Shown here: positions 27,392 to 37,145 of the stretch, one piece after another
How positions within the stretch are numbered: the stretch's first letter is position 1
How the letters are laid out: every line of letters starts with the position of its first letter
From: Candidatus Eremiobacteria bacterium
Lineage (GTDB): Bacteria; Vulcanimicrobiota; Vulcanimicrobiia; Vulcanimicrobiales; Vulcanimicrobiaceae
NCBI GenBank assembly: GCA_963758295.1
Contig: CAVWUU010000004.1
Span: forward strand, 1-64,000
Reading direction: 5' to 3'
DNA length: 64,000 nt
Notes under the pieces: generated by a model
Database searches by the model: none
Told to the model about the DNA's origin: nothing
The model's input: the letters and a program-made list of their open reading frames with translations, nothing else
Translations under genes and position numbers: made by a program

Positions 27392-29407
27392 GTGTCAAGT
27401 TCAGTTCCCGGAACGAACGTTCCGCCGATTTCCTTTCCCGGCATTTCGTCGGGCATCGACTACAACGCGATCATCACGAAGCTGACGTCGCTGACGCTGC
27501 AGCAAAACGTCACGTTGAACTCGCAAATCGCGACGCTCAACTCCGCGAACGCCGAGCTGATCAAGATCAACAACATGATCTCGTCGGTGCAAAAGGCCCT
27601 TAGTGCGCTCTCCGATCCTTCGATTTTTTCGGCGTATTCCGCTACGTCGAGCGATTCGAACTCGGCAAGTGCCAGTGCGATCGCTGGAGCAACGCCGGTT
27701 CCGGGAACGTATCGGGTTCTGAATTCGACGGAAGCCACGTCCACGACTGTTACGAATAACCCGGCGGCCGGCCACAGTATCACGGACGGCGGCTCGGATA
27801 ACCTCCAGTTGTCGAAGTCCTATCTCGCCGTTACGCCGGTGAACGGCGCGAGCGGCAACTCGACAATTACCGTGAACGGCGTCCAAGTCTCGTACAATGT
27901 AAACGTCGACTCCGTGCAGACCGTCCTTTCAAAAATTCAAACCCAAGTGCGCGCGGCGACCGGCGACGCCTCGTTCACTGCCGCGCTTAACGCGTCGGGT
28001 GAGGTAACGATCTCATCGACGAACAAGCCGCTCACACTTGGCAGCGCAAGCGACAGCGGCAACTTTCTTGCGGCGTTCAAGCTCTCGACGGCGCAGATCA
28101 ATAACACGGTGAGCAGCGGCAGCGTAACGAGCACGTCGAACATCGGCGGCATCAATCAAGCAGCCGCCTTCAACAGCGCGAACGGCGCCGGCTACGTGAC
28201 GCCGGTTACGTCGGGATTCTTCACGATCAACGGCGTGCAGATCAACATTGACGCGGCGAACGACAACACCGCTTCGATCGTGGCGCGCATCAATGCGAGC
28301 AGCGCCGGCGTTACCGCCACGTACGACGCGACTGCCAACAAGATTTCGCTCACAGCAAATGCGACGGGGCCGCAAAGCATTGTCGTCGGCGGTGCGAGCG
28401 ATACGAGTAATTTCCTCACGGCAGCCGGCCTAACGACGGCCGGCGGGGCGACGTCGCAGGTCGGAACGCAGGCTTCGGTGCAGGTCCAGAATCCCACGGG
28501 CGCCATCTCGACCGTTTACAGCAACTCCAACCAAGTGACTAACGCTATCCCGGGCGTTCAACTAAACGTTTACGGGTTCACGTCGCCGTACACCGTGACC
28601 GTCGGCCAGGATAATTCGAAGCTCATTTCGGCCCTCAATACGTTCGTTTCCAGCTATAACTCCGCGATCACCGAGATCAATAACGCAACCGAACCGCCGG
28701 CCGTCATCACGCCTACGCCCGGCTCTTCGACCACCGCGACCTCGGCTTCAGTCGGCGGCGGCGTCCTCTGGTCGAACTCGAACATCAAAGACGTCAAGGA
28801 CCGGCTCACCAATATCGTCTCCGGCTTCTTCGGCGCCGCGCAAAAGATGAATTCCGGTTCGTACACGAATTCCACGCCGCAATACGGATCGCTCTCGGCG
28901 ATCGGCCTACAGGTCAGCAGCACGTTTACCGTGCTGCAAACTTCGAGCAACGCCGGCCAGAACTCGTCGAGCTTGTCATCAAGTAACCCCGTTACAACGC
29001 AGCAATTGCAAGGCACCGATGGAACGCTGCAGGCACTGAACGTCTCGCAACTCACTGCCGCGCTGGCAGCGAATCCGAGCCAAGTGCAGCAAATTTTCCA
29101 AGGCGCGAACAGTTTGACGACGCAGCTCGGAACGTATCTGGGTCAAGTCACCGGGTTGCCGACAATGCTAAACGCCGGGCTCGTCGGAACGCTGCCCGTG
29201 GGCGGCGTGGCGATCATTCAGGGATTCGAAAACACGAATACCGATTCGATCGCGTCGCTTTCGAGCCGCATCCAGCAAGTTACGGACAACGCCAACATGC
29301 AGGCCAATATGCTCCGCCAAGAGTTCGTTTCCACCGAAGGGACGATGGCCCAGCTTCAGGCGTTGCAAGGCCAGCTCTCCGGATTCTTCAAGTCATCGGG
29401 TAGTTAA
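27392..29407 (+). CDS. fliD: flagellar filament cap protein FliD
   Basis: FPGISSGIDYNAIITKL, SNQVTNAIPGV, FVSSYN, LSAIGL, C-terminal LRQEF..MAQLQ. Confidence 0.92.
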   Translation: MSSSVPGTNVPPISFPGISSGIDYNAIITKLTSLTLQQNVTLNSQIATLNSANAELIKINNMISSVQKALSALSDPSIFSAYSATSSDSNSASASAIAGATPVPGTYRVLNSTEATSTTVTNNPAAGHSITDGGSDNLQLSKSYLAVTPVNGASGNSTITVNGVQVSYNVNVDSVQTVLSKIQTQVRAATGDASFTAALNASGEVTISSTNKPLTLGSASDSGNFLAAFKLSTAQINNTVSSGSVTSTSNIGGINQAAAFNSANGAGYVTPVTSGFFTINGVQINIDAANDNTASIVARINASSAGVTATYDATANKISLTANATGPQSIVVGGASDTSNFLTAAGLTTAGGATSQVGTQASVQVQNPTGAISTVYSNSNQVTNAIPGVQLNVYGFTSPYTVTVGQDNSKLISALNTFVSSYNSAITEINNATEPPAVITPTPGSSTTATSASVGGGVLWSNSNIKDVKDRLTNIVSGFFGAAQKMNSGSYTNSTPQYGSLSAIGLQVSSTFTVLQTSSNAGQNSSSLSSSNPVTTQQLQGTDGTLQALNVSQLTAALAANPSQVQQIFQGANSLTTQLGTYLGQVTGLPTMLNAGLVGTLPVGGVAIIQGFENTNTDSIASLSSRIQQVTDNANMQANMLRQEFVSTEGTMAQLQALQGQLSGFFKSSGS

Positions 29408-29416
29408 AGTAGATTC

Positions 29417-29860
29417 ATGAAAACTTCGGTCGAGCAGAAATATCTCGAGACGTCGATCGCGACCGCATCGAAAGAAGATCTAATCGTCAAGATCTTCGAC
29501 GTGCTTATCGTTGCCGCGCAGCAGGCTCACGAAAAGCTCGTGTACGATCGGGACGACATCACGGGGATTCATAAGGCATTGCTGCGGGCCCAACGGGCGT
29601 GCGCGCTGCTGATGGGTTCGCTCGACATGAAGATCGGCGGCGATCTGTCCGTGAACCTCTTCCGGGTTTATGAGTTTTGGCATCACGAACTCGTGATGGC
29701 AAACATGCAAAAGGACCCGACGCGAGTGGAGCGTTTGCTTCCGGATTTCAAAGACTATCGCGAGACCTGGAATAAGGCCGTCGCGCAGTTCAAAACAATG
29801 AAAAACGCGCAAGCCAAGGCGCAGAGCGCCGGAGGTTCGACCTTTGCCGCCGTTGGGTAA
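29417..29860 (+). CDS. fliS: flagellin export chaperone FliS
   Basis: YLETSIATASKEDLI, LMGSLDMKIGGDLSVNLFRVYEF, RETW. Confidence 0.92.
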   Translation: MKTSVEQKYLETSIATASKEDLIVKIFDVLIVAAQQAHEKLVYDRDDITGIHKALLRAQRACALLMGSLDMKIGGDLSVNLFRVYEFWHHELVMANMQKDPTRVERLLPDFKDYRETWNKAVAQFKTMKNAQAKAQSAGGSTFAAVG

Positions 29861-30242
29861 CGCCGGGCGCGAAGCGATCGACGCGGTCGCCCGGGAAATC
29901 AATGCGCTATCCGCGATGTGCGAGGAAATCGACGCGGGTTTGAAGGCGCACGATTGGGCGCGCATGGACACCGCGATTGCGGACTCGCGCCGCATCACTC
30001 ACGCGCTCGAAGAAGCGATGGCCGAAGCCGGGCCGTATCGCGACGATCGCTTCGACGCCGCCGTCTTTCAGCGGCTGCAAGAGATTTACTCGTTTCGCGA
30101 TGACCGCTTGAGGACGCTGACGCAATTTCACGAAGAACTCGGCGAGCGTCTGCGCCAGCTCTCGCGCTGGAAAGGCTACGCGCGTTCGATCGGCTCGAGC
30201 GAAGCGCCGCGCGGCTTGAGCGCGCTCGACAGCCTTCGCTAG
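29853..30242 (+). CDS. hypothetical helical protein, FliT-like by position
   Basis: About 130 aa helical ORF overlapping the fliS stop. Confidence 0.5.
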   Translation: MGNAGREAIDAVAREINALSAMCEEIDAGLKAHDWARMDTAIADSRRITHALEEAMAEAGPYRDDRFDAAVFQRLQEIYSFRDDRLRTLTQFHEELGERLRQLSRWKGYARSIGSSEAPRGLSALDSLR

Positions 30243-30261
30243 CGAAGAAGAAGCAACAGCT

Positions 30262-31875
30262 TTATTGGCCGGCCGCGTTTGCAAACGCGGTCACGAGGGC
30301 GCGCGCCGCCGCGTCGAGTTGCGCGTCGGTTTGAAAGAGCACGCCGGTCGTCCGATCGATACGAAGCCGGACGAAAAGCTTTTGGAGTGTCGTCATCGCC
30401 GTTTGCGCGTAGACGCGCAGCGCATTCTCGAGCGCCGCACCCGCCGCTGAATCCGACGCAATGCCGGCAATGCGTTGCGCTTGCAACGCGAGCGTGAGTT
30501 GACGCGCTTTCACGAAATCCCAGCGCGCGCGGCCTTCGTTGATCTTCGCCAGCACCGCGAGCGTCGGTTCCGAAAGCTCCGTCTGCAATAGGACGACATC
30601 CTTCGGCGGTGCAATCTCTTCGATCGCCGCCGGACGAATCGAACTGAGGTTCGCAAGCAATTCGCCGGCGTATTCCGCGATCGGCTCTTTTTTGCCGAGG
30701 CGCTCGTGCAGTTGCATCCGATGCAGAACTTGCGACTGTGCATCCAGGTGCCGTTTGAGTCCAAGGCCGTCGTTGCCGATTCCGTCTGTCGAACATGCGA
30801 GCGCGCTGCCGAAAATGCAGTGACTCAGAATGGTCGGTACCTTCGAGCCGTTGAAGGTGCGATCGAAGAACGCAATCGTCGTCCGGTCGAAGCGCCCGTA
30901 AAGCATGACCGCTTCGCGCACCGGGGGTGCAACAGGTTCCGGTTCGGGTGGCGGCTCGGAGGCACGTTCCGGCTTCGGTTCCGGCTCAGGTTCACGCTGC
31001 GGCTCCGGCAACGGCGGTTCCGGCTCCGGTGCCGGTGGCGCGGGCGGTTCAATTTCGGGCTCAGGGGAGGACTGCGGCTCGGAAACCGGCGCCGGCTGCG
31101 GCTCCGGTTCGCGTTGCGGCTCGGATTGCGGCTGCGGCTCGACGACGACCGGTTGCGGACGCGCGGGCGAGAGCGCCGCGTTGGCCGCTTCGTGCACGAT
31201 GATCTCTTGCTCGTCCAGTTCGTAGAATGGTAACTCGTCGGCCGGAATCTCGACCGGGATCAGCGGTTTGGGCGCATAGAGGCCCGGTCCGGCGCGTTCC
31301 AATTCGGCGGCGAACGCCGCGACGGACTTGCCTTTGCGATCGATTTTTAGATTGCGTGCTCCAACGACGGCGGCGCCGCCCGCGCGGACGGTTGGGATCA
31401 CAAGCAGGGCGTTATTGCCAAGGCGAACGCCAAGCTTCCATACGAACGTCTTGCGGTCGCCGGGAGCGATTTCACCGACGTCCAGCCCGTCGTGGAAGAA
31501 CTGGTCTGCCGTCTCGTCGGCCATCGGCCGGCCGTCCTGGACGAACGACCCGGGACGGAATCCCGCACCGGCCGGAATCGGCACGACGACCGCCACTTTT
31601 CGAGCCGAGGCGGCGCCTTCGTTGGCGACGCTCAGCGAAACGGTGACTACCGCGCCAGGAATAACGCCCGATGGCGGGGTGGCTGAAGCCTGCACGGCAA
31701 GCACGGCGCTGCGTCCCACCGGCGGCTGCACGTCATCGAGCGTCGCTGCGCCCGGCTCGGGAGCGAGCCGCGTTTGCCACGCCGTCGGCTGCGGCGTCGC
31801 AAGCCCAAGCGAAACGCGCTGCAGCTCGATGAGCCGCATGTCGGCGCTAACTTCGAAATCCGGTTCGGTGTTCAT
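30262..31875 (-). CDS. hypothetical protein with DUF11-like beta domain and Pro/Glu-rich linker
   Basis: PGAVVTVSLSVANEG..VVVPIPAGAGFRPGS..VGEIAPG; EPQPQSEPQREPEP repeats. Confidence 0.6.
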   Translation of the reverse strand: MNTEPDFEVSADMRLIELQRVSLGLATPQPTAWQTRLAPEPGAATLDDVQPPVGRSAVLAVQASATPPSGVIPGAVVTVSLSVANEGAASARKVAVVVPIPAGAGFRPGSFVQDGRPMADETADQFFHDGLDVGEIAPGDRKTFVWKLGVRLGNNALLVIPTVRAGGAAVVGARNLKIDRKGKSVAAFAAELERAGPGLYAPKPLIPVEIPADELPFYELDEQEIIVHEAANAALSPARPQPVVVEPQPQSEPQREPEPQPAPVSEPQSSPEPEIEPPAPPAPEPEPPLPEPQREPEPEPKPERASEPPPEPEPVAPPVREAVMLYGRFDRTTIAFFDRTFNGSKVPTILSHCIFGSALACSTDGIGNDGLGLKRHLDAQSQVLHRMQLHERLGKKEPIAEYAGELLANLSSIRPAAIEEIAPPKDVVLLQTELSEPTLAVLAKINEGRARWDFVKARQLTLALQAQRIAGIASDSAAGAALENALRVYAQTAMTTLQKLFVRLRIDRTTGVLFQTDAQLDAAARALVTAFANAAGQ

Positions 31876-32813
31876 TACGCCCGCCGGGCGAAGAGTCTCG
31901 CGAAGAACCCGAGTGGCCGTTCGGCATTGGAAGGCGCGCTCACAGCAGCGGATTCGGCTGCGACCGGCTCGGCGGCCGGCGGTTTCGATCTTTCCGTGAG
32001 GCCGCGTGCACGAATCGATGCACGCACGTGGTCTTCAAGCACGAGCGTACTCGCGCGGTCGGCCGCCTCTTGCATAGCGGCGTGCGCCAGCATCATCAGA
32101 CGACGTGGAACGCCGTCGCCCGCTTCAATGAGCAGCGCTCGCGCTTCAGGCGAAAACAACTGCGTGCCCGGCGCTAAGCCCGCACGCGTTAGGCGATAAT
32201 CGAGCACCGCAAGCGACGTTGCTTCATCCAAAGGTTCCAGGCGAATCCAGGCGTCGACGCGGTCGGCCAAATTGCCCTTCTCGTTGATGCCGGCTTCCAG
32301 TTCGTCTTGGCCGAATAGCAGAATATTCAATAGCTTGCGCTGCGGAACGTGATAGTTCAACAGGAGGCGCAACGCTTCGAGATTCTCTTCGCTAAGGTTT
32401 TGCGCTTCGTCTAAGATCAACACCAGCGTGCGCTTTTCGAGTACGGCGGTTTCGAAGAAGAAGTTCTTCAGCGCGTTCTTGAGCGCGGCGCTCGAGCGCG
32501 GCGGAAGCGCGAGCCCGAATACGCGGCCGATTGCGATGAGAAATTCGCTCTCGGTCGCAAAGGTCGGATCGAGAATCTTCCCGAGAACGACGCGATCGTC
32601 GGCAAGCAGTTCTTGTTCCAACGCGGTACTGAGACTTGTTTTGCCGGTGCCCGGCGCGCCGAGAACGACCGTGAGGCCACGAGACGCGTCGACCGAATCC
32701 GAAAGGCGTTCTTTCGCCTTTTTCAACGCGCCCAGTTCGCAATAAAAATAAGGATCGGCGGTATCTAGAAACGGGTCACGTTCCAGGCCGAAAAAACCGT
32801 AAAACCTTGACAT
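31875..32813 (-). CDS. ExeA/GspA-family AAA+ ATPase
   Basis: FFGLERDPF, GAPGTGKT, LILDEAQNL, LLFGQDEL, GVPRRL. Confidence 0.88.
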   Translation of the reverse strand: MSRFYGFFGLERDPFLDTADPYFYCELGALKKAKERLSDSVDASRGLTVVLGAPGTGKTSLSTALEQELLADDRVVLGKILDPTFATESEFLIAIGRVFGLALPPRSSAALKNALKNFFFETAVLEKRTLVLILDEAQNLSEENLEALRLLLNYHVPQRKLLNILLFGQDELEAGINEKGNLADRVDAWIRLEPLDEATSLAVLDYRLTRAGLAPGTQLFSPEARALLIEAGDGVPRRLMMLAHAAMQEAADRASTLVLEDHVRASIRARGLTERSKPPAAEPVAAESAAVSAPSNAERPLGFFARLFARRA

Positions 32814-32850
32814 TGGCTGGGACGCTACTTTAGACCACGGCAGCCAAAGC

Positions 32851-33678
32851 TCATTGTGCGGCCCGCTGCGTAATCGCGTCCATCAGGCGTTCGACTTCCG
32901 CGAGCGGGAACGGAACGCCGATCGCGCGTCCTTCGACCGGTGCGTGAAAGTCAGTACCGCCGGTAATAAGCAGCCCTCGCTCGCGTGCTTTACGGGTGAG
33001 CGCTTCGACCATTTCCGGCGTAGCGGTTGGATGGACGACTTCGATCCCGTCGGCGCCCAGCTCCAAAAGCTCGTCTAAAGCCTCCGCGGTCCGCAAACGA
33101 GCCGGGTGTGCGACCACGGCGACCCCGCCCGACCGATGGATCAAGTCGATGATCTGTTCCGACGTGAGCCGGACGAGTGCCACGTAGGCGTCGCCCTCGT
33201 CGGCCAGGTAGCGGTCGAACGCCTCTTGGACTGTTGCCACGATGCCCTTTACCATCAGGGCCCGAGCCAGGTGCGGCCGTCCCAAGCTCACCGCGCCCGC
33301 CGCTTGGCGTTCGACGTCGGCGAGGGTAACTGCGGCGCCCCGAGCTTGCATAGCCTCAACCATCGCCGCCATGCGCCCTTTGCGTGCTGCCCGTTGTTCG
33401 TTTAGGGCGCTGAGCAAAGGCGACAAAGCGCTTGTTATGCCGTAGGCTAGCAGATGAACCGTGTGCCCGGCATGGTGTGAATCAACCTCTAGCGCCGGAA
33501 TGCACCGTACGGGAGGCGGCGCGTCTAGCGGGTAAGCATCGGTGCCGTCGTGATCGGAAATCGAGAAGAAATCGAGCTTTCGGTCGCTTATTTCCGATAG
33601 CAAACGTTCCTTGCTCCAAATGCCGTCGGAGAAGGTCGTGTGCATGTGTAAATCAACGAGAACCGTTCCGCTCGACAT
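32851..33678 (-). CDS. PHP-domain phosphoesterase (YciV/TrpH-like; candidate 3',5'-bisphosphate nucleotidase)
   Basis: DLHMHTTFSDG, SDHD, VHLLAYG, GRPHLARAL, AHP, DGIEVVH, TGGTDFH. Confidence 0.9.
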   Translation of the reverse strand: MSSGTVLVDLHMHTTFSDGIWSKERLLSEISDRKLDFFSISDHDGTDAYPLDAPPPVRCIPALEVDSHHAGHTVHLLAYGITSALSPLLSALNEQRAARKGRMAAMVEAMQARGAAVTLADVERQAAGAVSLGRPHLARALMVKGIVATVQEAFDRYLADEGDAYVALVRLTSEQIIDLIHRSGGVAVVAHPARLRTAEALDELLELGADGIEVVHPTATPEMVEALTRKARERGLLITGGTDFHAPVEGRAIGVPFPLAEVERLMDAITQRAAQ

Positions 33679-33698
33679 GCGCATAGAAGACCTGATTC

Positions 33699-33726
33699 CT
33701 AAGCTATCGGCGCGCCTTGCCGATTC
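33699..33726 (+). promoter_or_regulatory. sigma-28-type promoter of cysD-cysNC-tauE (CTAAG-N15-GCCGATTC)
   Basis: ATG 33736 lies 9 nt after the -10; no SD. Confidence 0.6.
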
Positions 33727-33731
33727 ATTAA
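33704..33731 (-). promoter_or_regulatory. sigma-28-type promoter of the PHP gene (TTAAT-N15-GCCGATAG), overlapping the cysD promoter
   Basis: Reverse strand reads TTAATGAATCGGCAAGGCGCGCCGATAG. Confidence 0.6.
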
Positions 33732-33735
33732 ACGC

Positions 33736-34545
33736 ATGTCATCCTCGCCGTTCTCCTATTTGGACGAGCTGGAAGCCCGCACGATCTTTATTCTGCGGGA
33801 AGCCTTTTCGTGCGTGACGCCGCTCGCAATGCTTTGGTCGATCGGCAAAGATTCCACGGCGTTGCTGTGGATGGTACGCAAGGCTTTTCTCGGCGAAGTG
33901 CCGTTCCCGGTCGTTCTTCTGGATACCGGAATGGAATTCGACGAAGTATACGCATTCCGCGATCGTCTCGTTCGTGAGTGGCAGCTGCCCGTCGCGAACG
34001 AGCTCTGTCCACCCGAACATACCGTCGATCAGACTTTGCCGCCCGCTTCGCGGCACGCCGCACGCAAAACGGCCGGCTTGCGATCGCTGCTCGCCCGGGA
34101 AAACTATCGCGGCATCATCCTCGGCATTCGTCGGGACGAACAAGCGATTCGCGCGAAAGAGCGGATCTTCAGTCCACGCAATGCCGACGGGTCATGGGAT
34201 CCGCGCTCGCAGCCGCCGGAGCTTTGGGACTACTATCCCTACGATATTCCCGACGGTGCGCACGTGCGCATTCATCCGCTGCTGCATTGGACGGAACTCG
34301 ATATTTGGCGCTACACGCTGCGCGAAAACATTCCATACGTGCCGTTGTATCTCGCTCAAAACGGGAAGCGTTACCGGTCGCTCGGTGAAAGCAACATCAC
34401 GTTCCCTATCGACAGCGCAGCCGACACCGTCGAGAAAATCATCGCCGAGTTAGAAGTAACACGGCAGCCCGAACGCGCCGGACGCGCGATGGACAGCGAA
34501 AGCGAGGACGCCTTCGAGCGTTTGCGTACGTCGGGGTACATGTGA
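33736..34545 (+). CDS. cysD: sulfate adenylyltransferase subunit 2 (CysD/NodP)
   Basis: LDELEARTIFILREA, WSIGKDS, GIRRDEQAIRAKERIFSPR, QPPELW, HVRIHPLLHWTELDIW, RYRSLG. Confidence 0.95.
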   Translation: MSSSPFSYLDELEARTIFILREAFSCVTPLAMLWSIGKDSTALLWMVRKAFLGEVPFPVVLLDTGMEFDEVYAFRDRLVREWQLPVANELCPPEHTVDQTLPPASRHAARKTAGLRSLLARENYRGIILGIRRDEQAIRAKERIFSPRNADGSWDPRSQPPELWDYYPYDIPDGAHVRIHPLLHWTELDIWRYTLRENIPYVPLYLAQNGKRYRSLGESNITFPIDSAADTVEKIIAELEVTRQPERAGRAMDSESEDAFERLRTSGYM

Positions 34546-36389
34546 AACAACTTCGCATCGTTATGGTCGGCGACGTCGATGCCGGCAAATCCACTATTCT
34601 CGGCCGCCTGCTGGTGGATCTCGAACAAGTCACGCCGGAGAAACTTGCGGAACTGGAATCTTCGAGTTCGAAGCGCGGCGTTCCGATCGAGTACTCGTTC
34701 TTGCTGGATGCTTTTCAGTTGGAACGCGACCAAGCCATCACGCTCGACGTTTCGCGCGTTTGGGTTCGTACTGCGGACGCTGATTTCGTCTTCGTCGATG
34801 CGCCGGGTCATCGGGAGCTCATTCGCAATCTGCTAAGTGGAGCGTCCGAAGTGGACGCGCCGGTTATGGTTGTTGCGGCGGACGAAGGCATCACCTTGCA
34901 AACGCGCCGCCAGGCGCTCTTTCTGCAGTGGCTCGGTTTCCGTGACATCCTCGTAACGATTAATAAGCTCGATCTTGCAGAGAATCCGAAAGCCCAGTTC
35001 GAACGCCGGGCAACGGAAATTCGTGAATTTCTCGCGCAGCTAGACATCGCTCCCTATGAAATCGTGCCGGTTGCCGCTCGCAACGGCGATAACATCGTTC
35101 ACCGTGGCAAGTTGACGGAGTGGTGGAAGGGCCCGACGCTAGTCGAAGCGCTTTCGCGCCTCGATCGCCGGGAGTTCAGCAGCGACGGACCATTGCGTTT
35201 CGTCGTGCAAGACGTGTACCGCCGCGAAAATACGCGCCTCGTGGTTGGCCGCATCGAAAGCGGATCGCTTAGCCGCGGCGAGCACATCACGTTTTGGCCG
35301 CTTCAAACCGGCGCCCGCGTGCAGCGCATCGTGCAGTGGCCCGAGGAAGCAGAAACCGCTTCGTGCGGATCCGCCGTCGCAATTGAATTGGATGCCCGTG
35401 TCTTCGTCGACCGCGGCGCGGTTGCAAGTCGCGCGAGCGATGCGCCGGAGCTCGGCCATGTCGTCCAAACGCGTATCGTCTGGCTAGGCGCCGACCCCAT
35501 TTGCGCGGGCGAAACGCTACGTCTACGTCTGGGCACGCGTGAAATTCCCGTTACGCTTCAACGCATTGACGAAGTCATCGATCCCGACACCGTCGAGCCG
35601 CGGCCCGGAGATACCCTTTCGAGCGGCGACGTCGCGGTCGTAACGCTAGTGTCCCGCGAATTGATCGCGGCCGACGTTAATCTCGAAGGTTCGAGCGTCG
35701 CGCGGTTCGTGCTCGCTCGTAACGGCGCAATTGTTGCCGGCGGCAAGATCGATGCGGTAGTCGGGCGCGCTCGCGGTGAAGGCGCCACGAACGTCGTAGC
35801 CATGACGTCTTCCGTCGATAGCGAGGAGCGCGGCCGTCGCAACGGCCACAGCGGCGGAGTGTTTTGGCTGACCGGTTTGCCGAGCGCCGGAAAATCGACG
35901 CTCGCCATGGCGACGCAGCGCATGCTGTTCGAACGCGGCCGACACGTGTACGTGCTCGACGGCGATACGCTGCGTACGACCCTGAACGTGGACCTTGGCT
36001 TCTCCGACGAAGATCGGGCGGAGAACGTTCGCCGCACGGCCGCCGTTGCAGGCGTCTTCGCGGATGCGGGCTTCATCGTGATTTGCGCGCTGATCTCCCC
36101 GTTCGCTGCGGATCGCGAACTTGCGCGCGCCGCCTATCCGAACGGCTTCTTCGAAATCTACGTGGAGTGCGATCTTGCGACGGCCGAGCGGCGTGACGTA
36201 AAGGGCCACTATCAGCGCGCTCGCCGCGGAGAACTCGCGCACTTCACCGGCATCTCGTCGCCGTACGAAGTGCCCGGAACGCCGGAACTGCGCGTTAACA
36301 CGGCTTCGTCGAGCATCGAGGAATCGGCTGCGCATCTCCTCGAGTTTATCGAGGACCGCGTGATGGAACGGCAAGCCGTTCTGCGGTGA
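34542..36389 (+). CDS. cysNC: bifunctional sulfate adenylyltransferase subunit 1 / APS kinase (CysNC/NodQ)
   Basis: GTPase GDVDAGKST, DAPGH, NKLD; kinase WLTGLPSAGKST, LDGD, ENVRR, FTGISSPYE. Confidence 0.94.
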   Translation: MKQLRIVMVGDVDAGKSTILGRLLVDLEQVTPEKLAELESSSSKRGVPIEYSFLLDAFQLERDQAITLDVSRVWVRTADADFVFVDAPGHRELIRNLLSGASEVDAPVMVVAADEGITLQTRRQALFLQWLGFRDILVTINKLDLAENPKAQFERRATEIREFLAQLDIAPYEIVPVAARNGDNIVHRGKLTEWWKGPTLVEALSRLDRREFSSDGPLRFVVQDVYRRENTRLVVGRIESGSLSRGEHITFWPLQTGARVQRIVQWPEEAETASCGSAVAIELDARVFVDRGAVASRASDAPELGHVVQTRIVWLGADPICAGETLRLRLGTREIPVTLQRIDEVIDPDTVEPRPGDTLSSGDVAVVTLVSRELIAADVNLEGSSVARFVLARNGAIVAGGKIDAVVGRARGEGATNVVAMTSSVDSEERGRRNGHSGGVFWLTGLPSAGKSTLAMATQRMLFERGRHVYVLDGDTLRTTLNVDLGFSDEDRAENVRRTAAVAGVFADAGFIVICALISPFAADRELARAAYPNGFFEIYVECDLATAERRDVKGHYQRARRGELAHFTGISSPYEVPGTPELRVNTASSSIEESAAHLLEFIEDRVMERQAVLR

Positions 36390-37145
36390 AAATCGCGCTT
36401 ATCGGGTTCGTCGTCGGAGTATGCATCTCGTACTCCGGCGTCGGCGCCGGTTCTTTAACCACGCCGCTCATCATGTTGCTGCTCGGCTACAATGCGAGCA
36501 CGGCAATCGGCTCCGACCTGCTCTTCAGCCTCGGCACGAAGATCGTCGCGTTTCTAACGCACGTTCGCGCGCGTACGATCGACTATAGCGCCCTGCTTTG
36601 GCTGTCGCTCGGCGGCGTTCCAGGCGCCGTTCTCGGCGTCGTAATTACGGGTTGGCTGCACGCGCATCTCTCACTGGATGCCGTGGATCACGCGTTGCGC
36701 GTCGCGCTCGGTATCGCGCTGGTCGTTTCGGCCGGCGCCGTCGCGTTCACGCATACGCTTTCGCCCGGCGAACCGGCCGATTCGCGCGCGCTTCCGCGCA
36801 TGCCGCTCGCGACAATCGGGTTTATTGTTGGGACGCTCGTAAGCATCACTTCGATCGGCAGCGGCTCCTTGACGCTCCCGCTGCTTCTCCTCATGCTTTC
36901 CACGGCGCAGCTGCGGCGGCTTGTCGGCACGGACGTGGCCTTTGCCGTGGTGTTGCTCGTGCCGGCGATTCTGGGGCATTGGAAACTCGGCGACGTCAAC
37001 GTTCACTTGGCGACGCTGCTTCTTGCCGGATCCATTCCGGGCGTCCTCATCGGAACGCCGCTTGCCCGGCGTTTGCCCGAACGTGCATTCCGCATAGGTT
37101 TGGCGATAATTCTTTGCACCGTCGGTGCAAAAAATGGCGTTTTAA
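36386..37145 (+). CDS. TauE/SafE (DUF81) sulfur-anion transporter
   Basis: Two GVGAG/SIGSG repeats, AIGSDL/LVGTDV; true stop probably TAA 37143-37145 after one extra A in the A-run near 37130. Confidence 0.85.

Noticed and set aside
30905..31150. Gly/Ser-rich ORF on the plus strand
   Set aside because: Antisense shadow of the Pro/Glu-rich linker of the minus-strand gene
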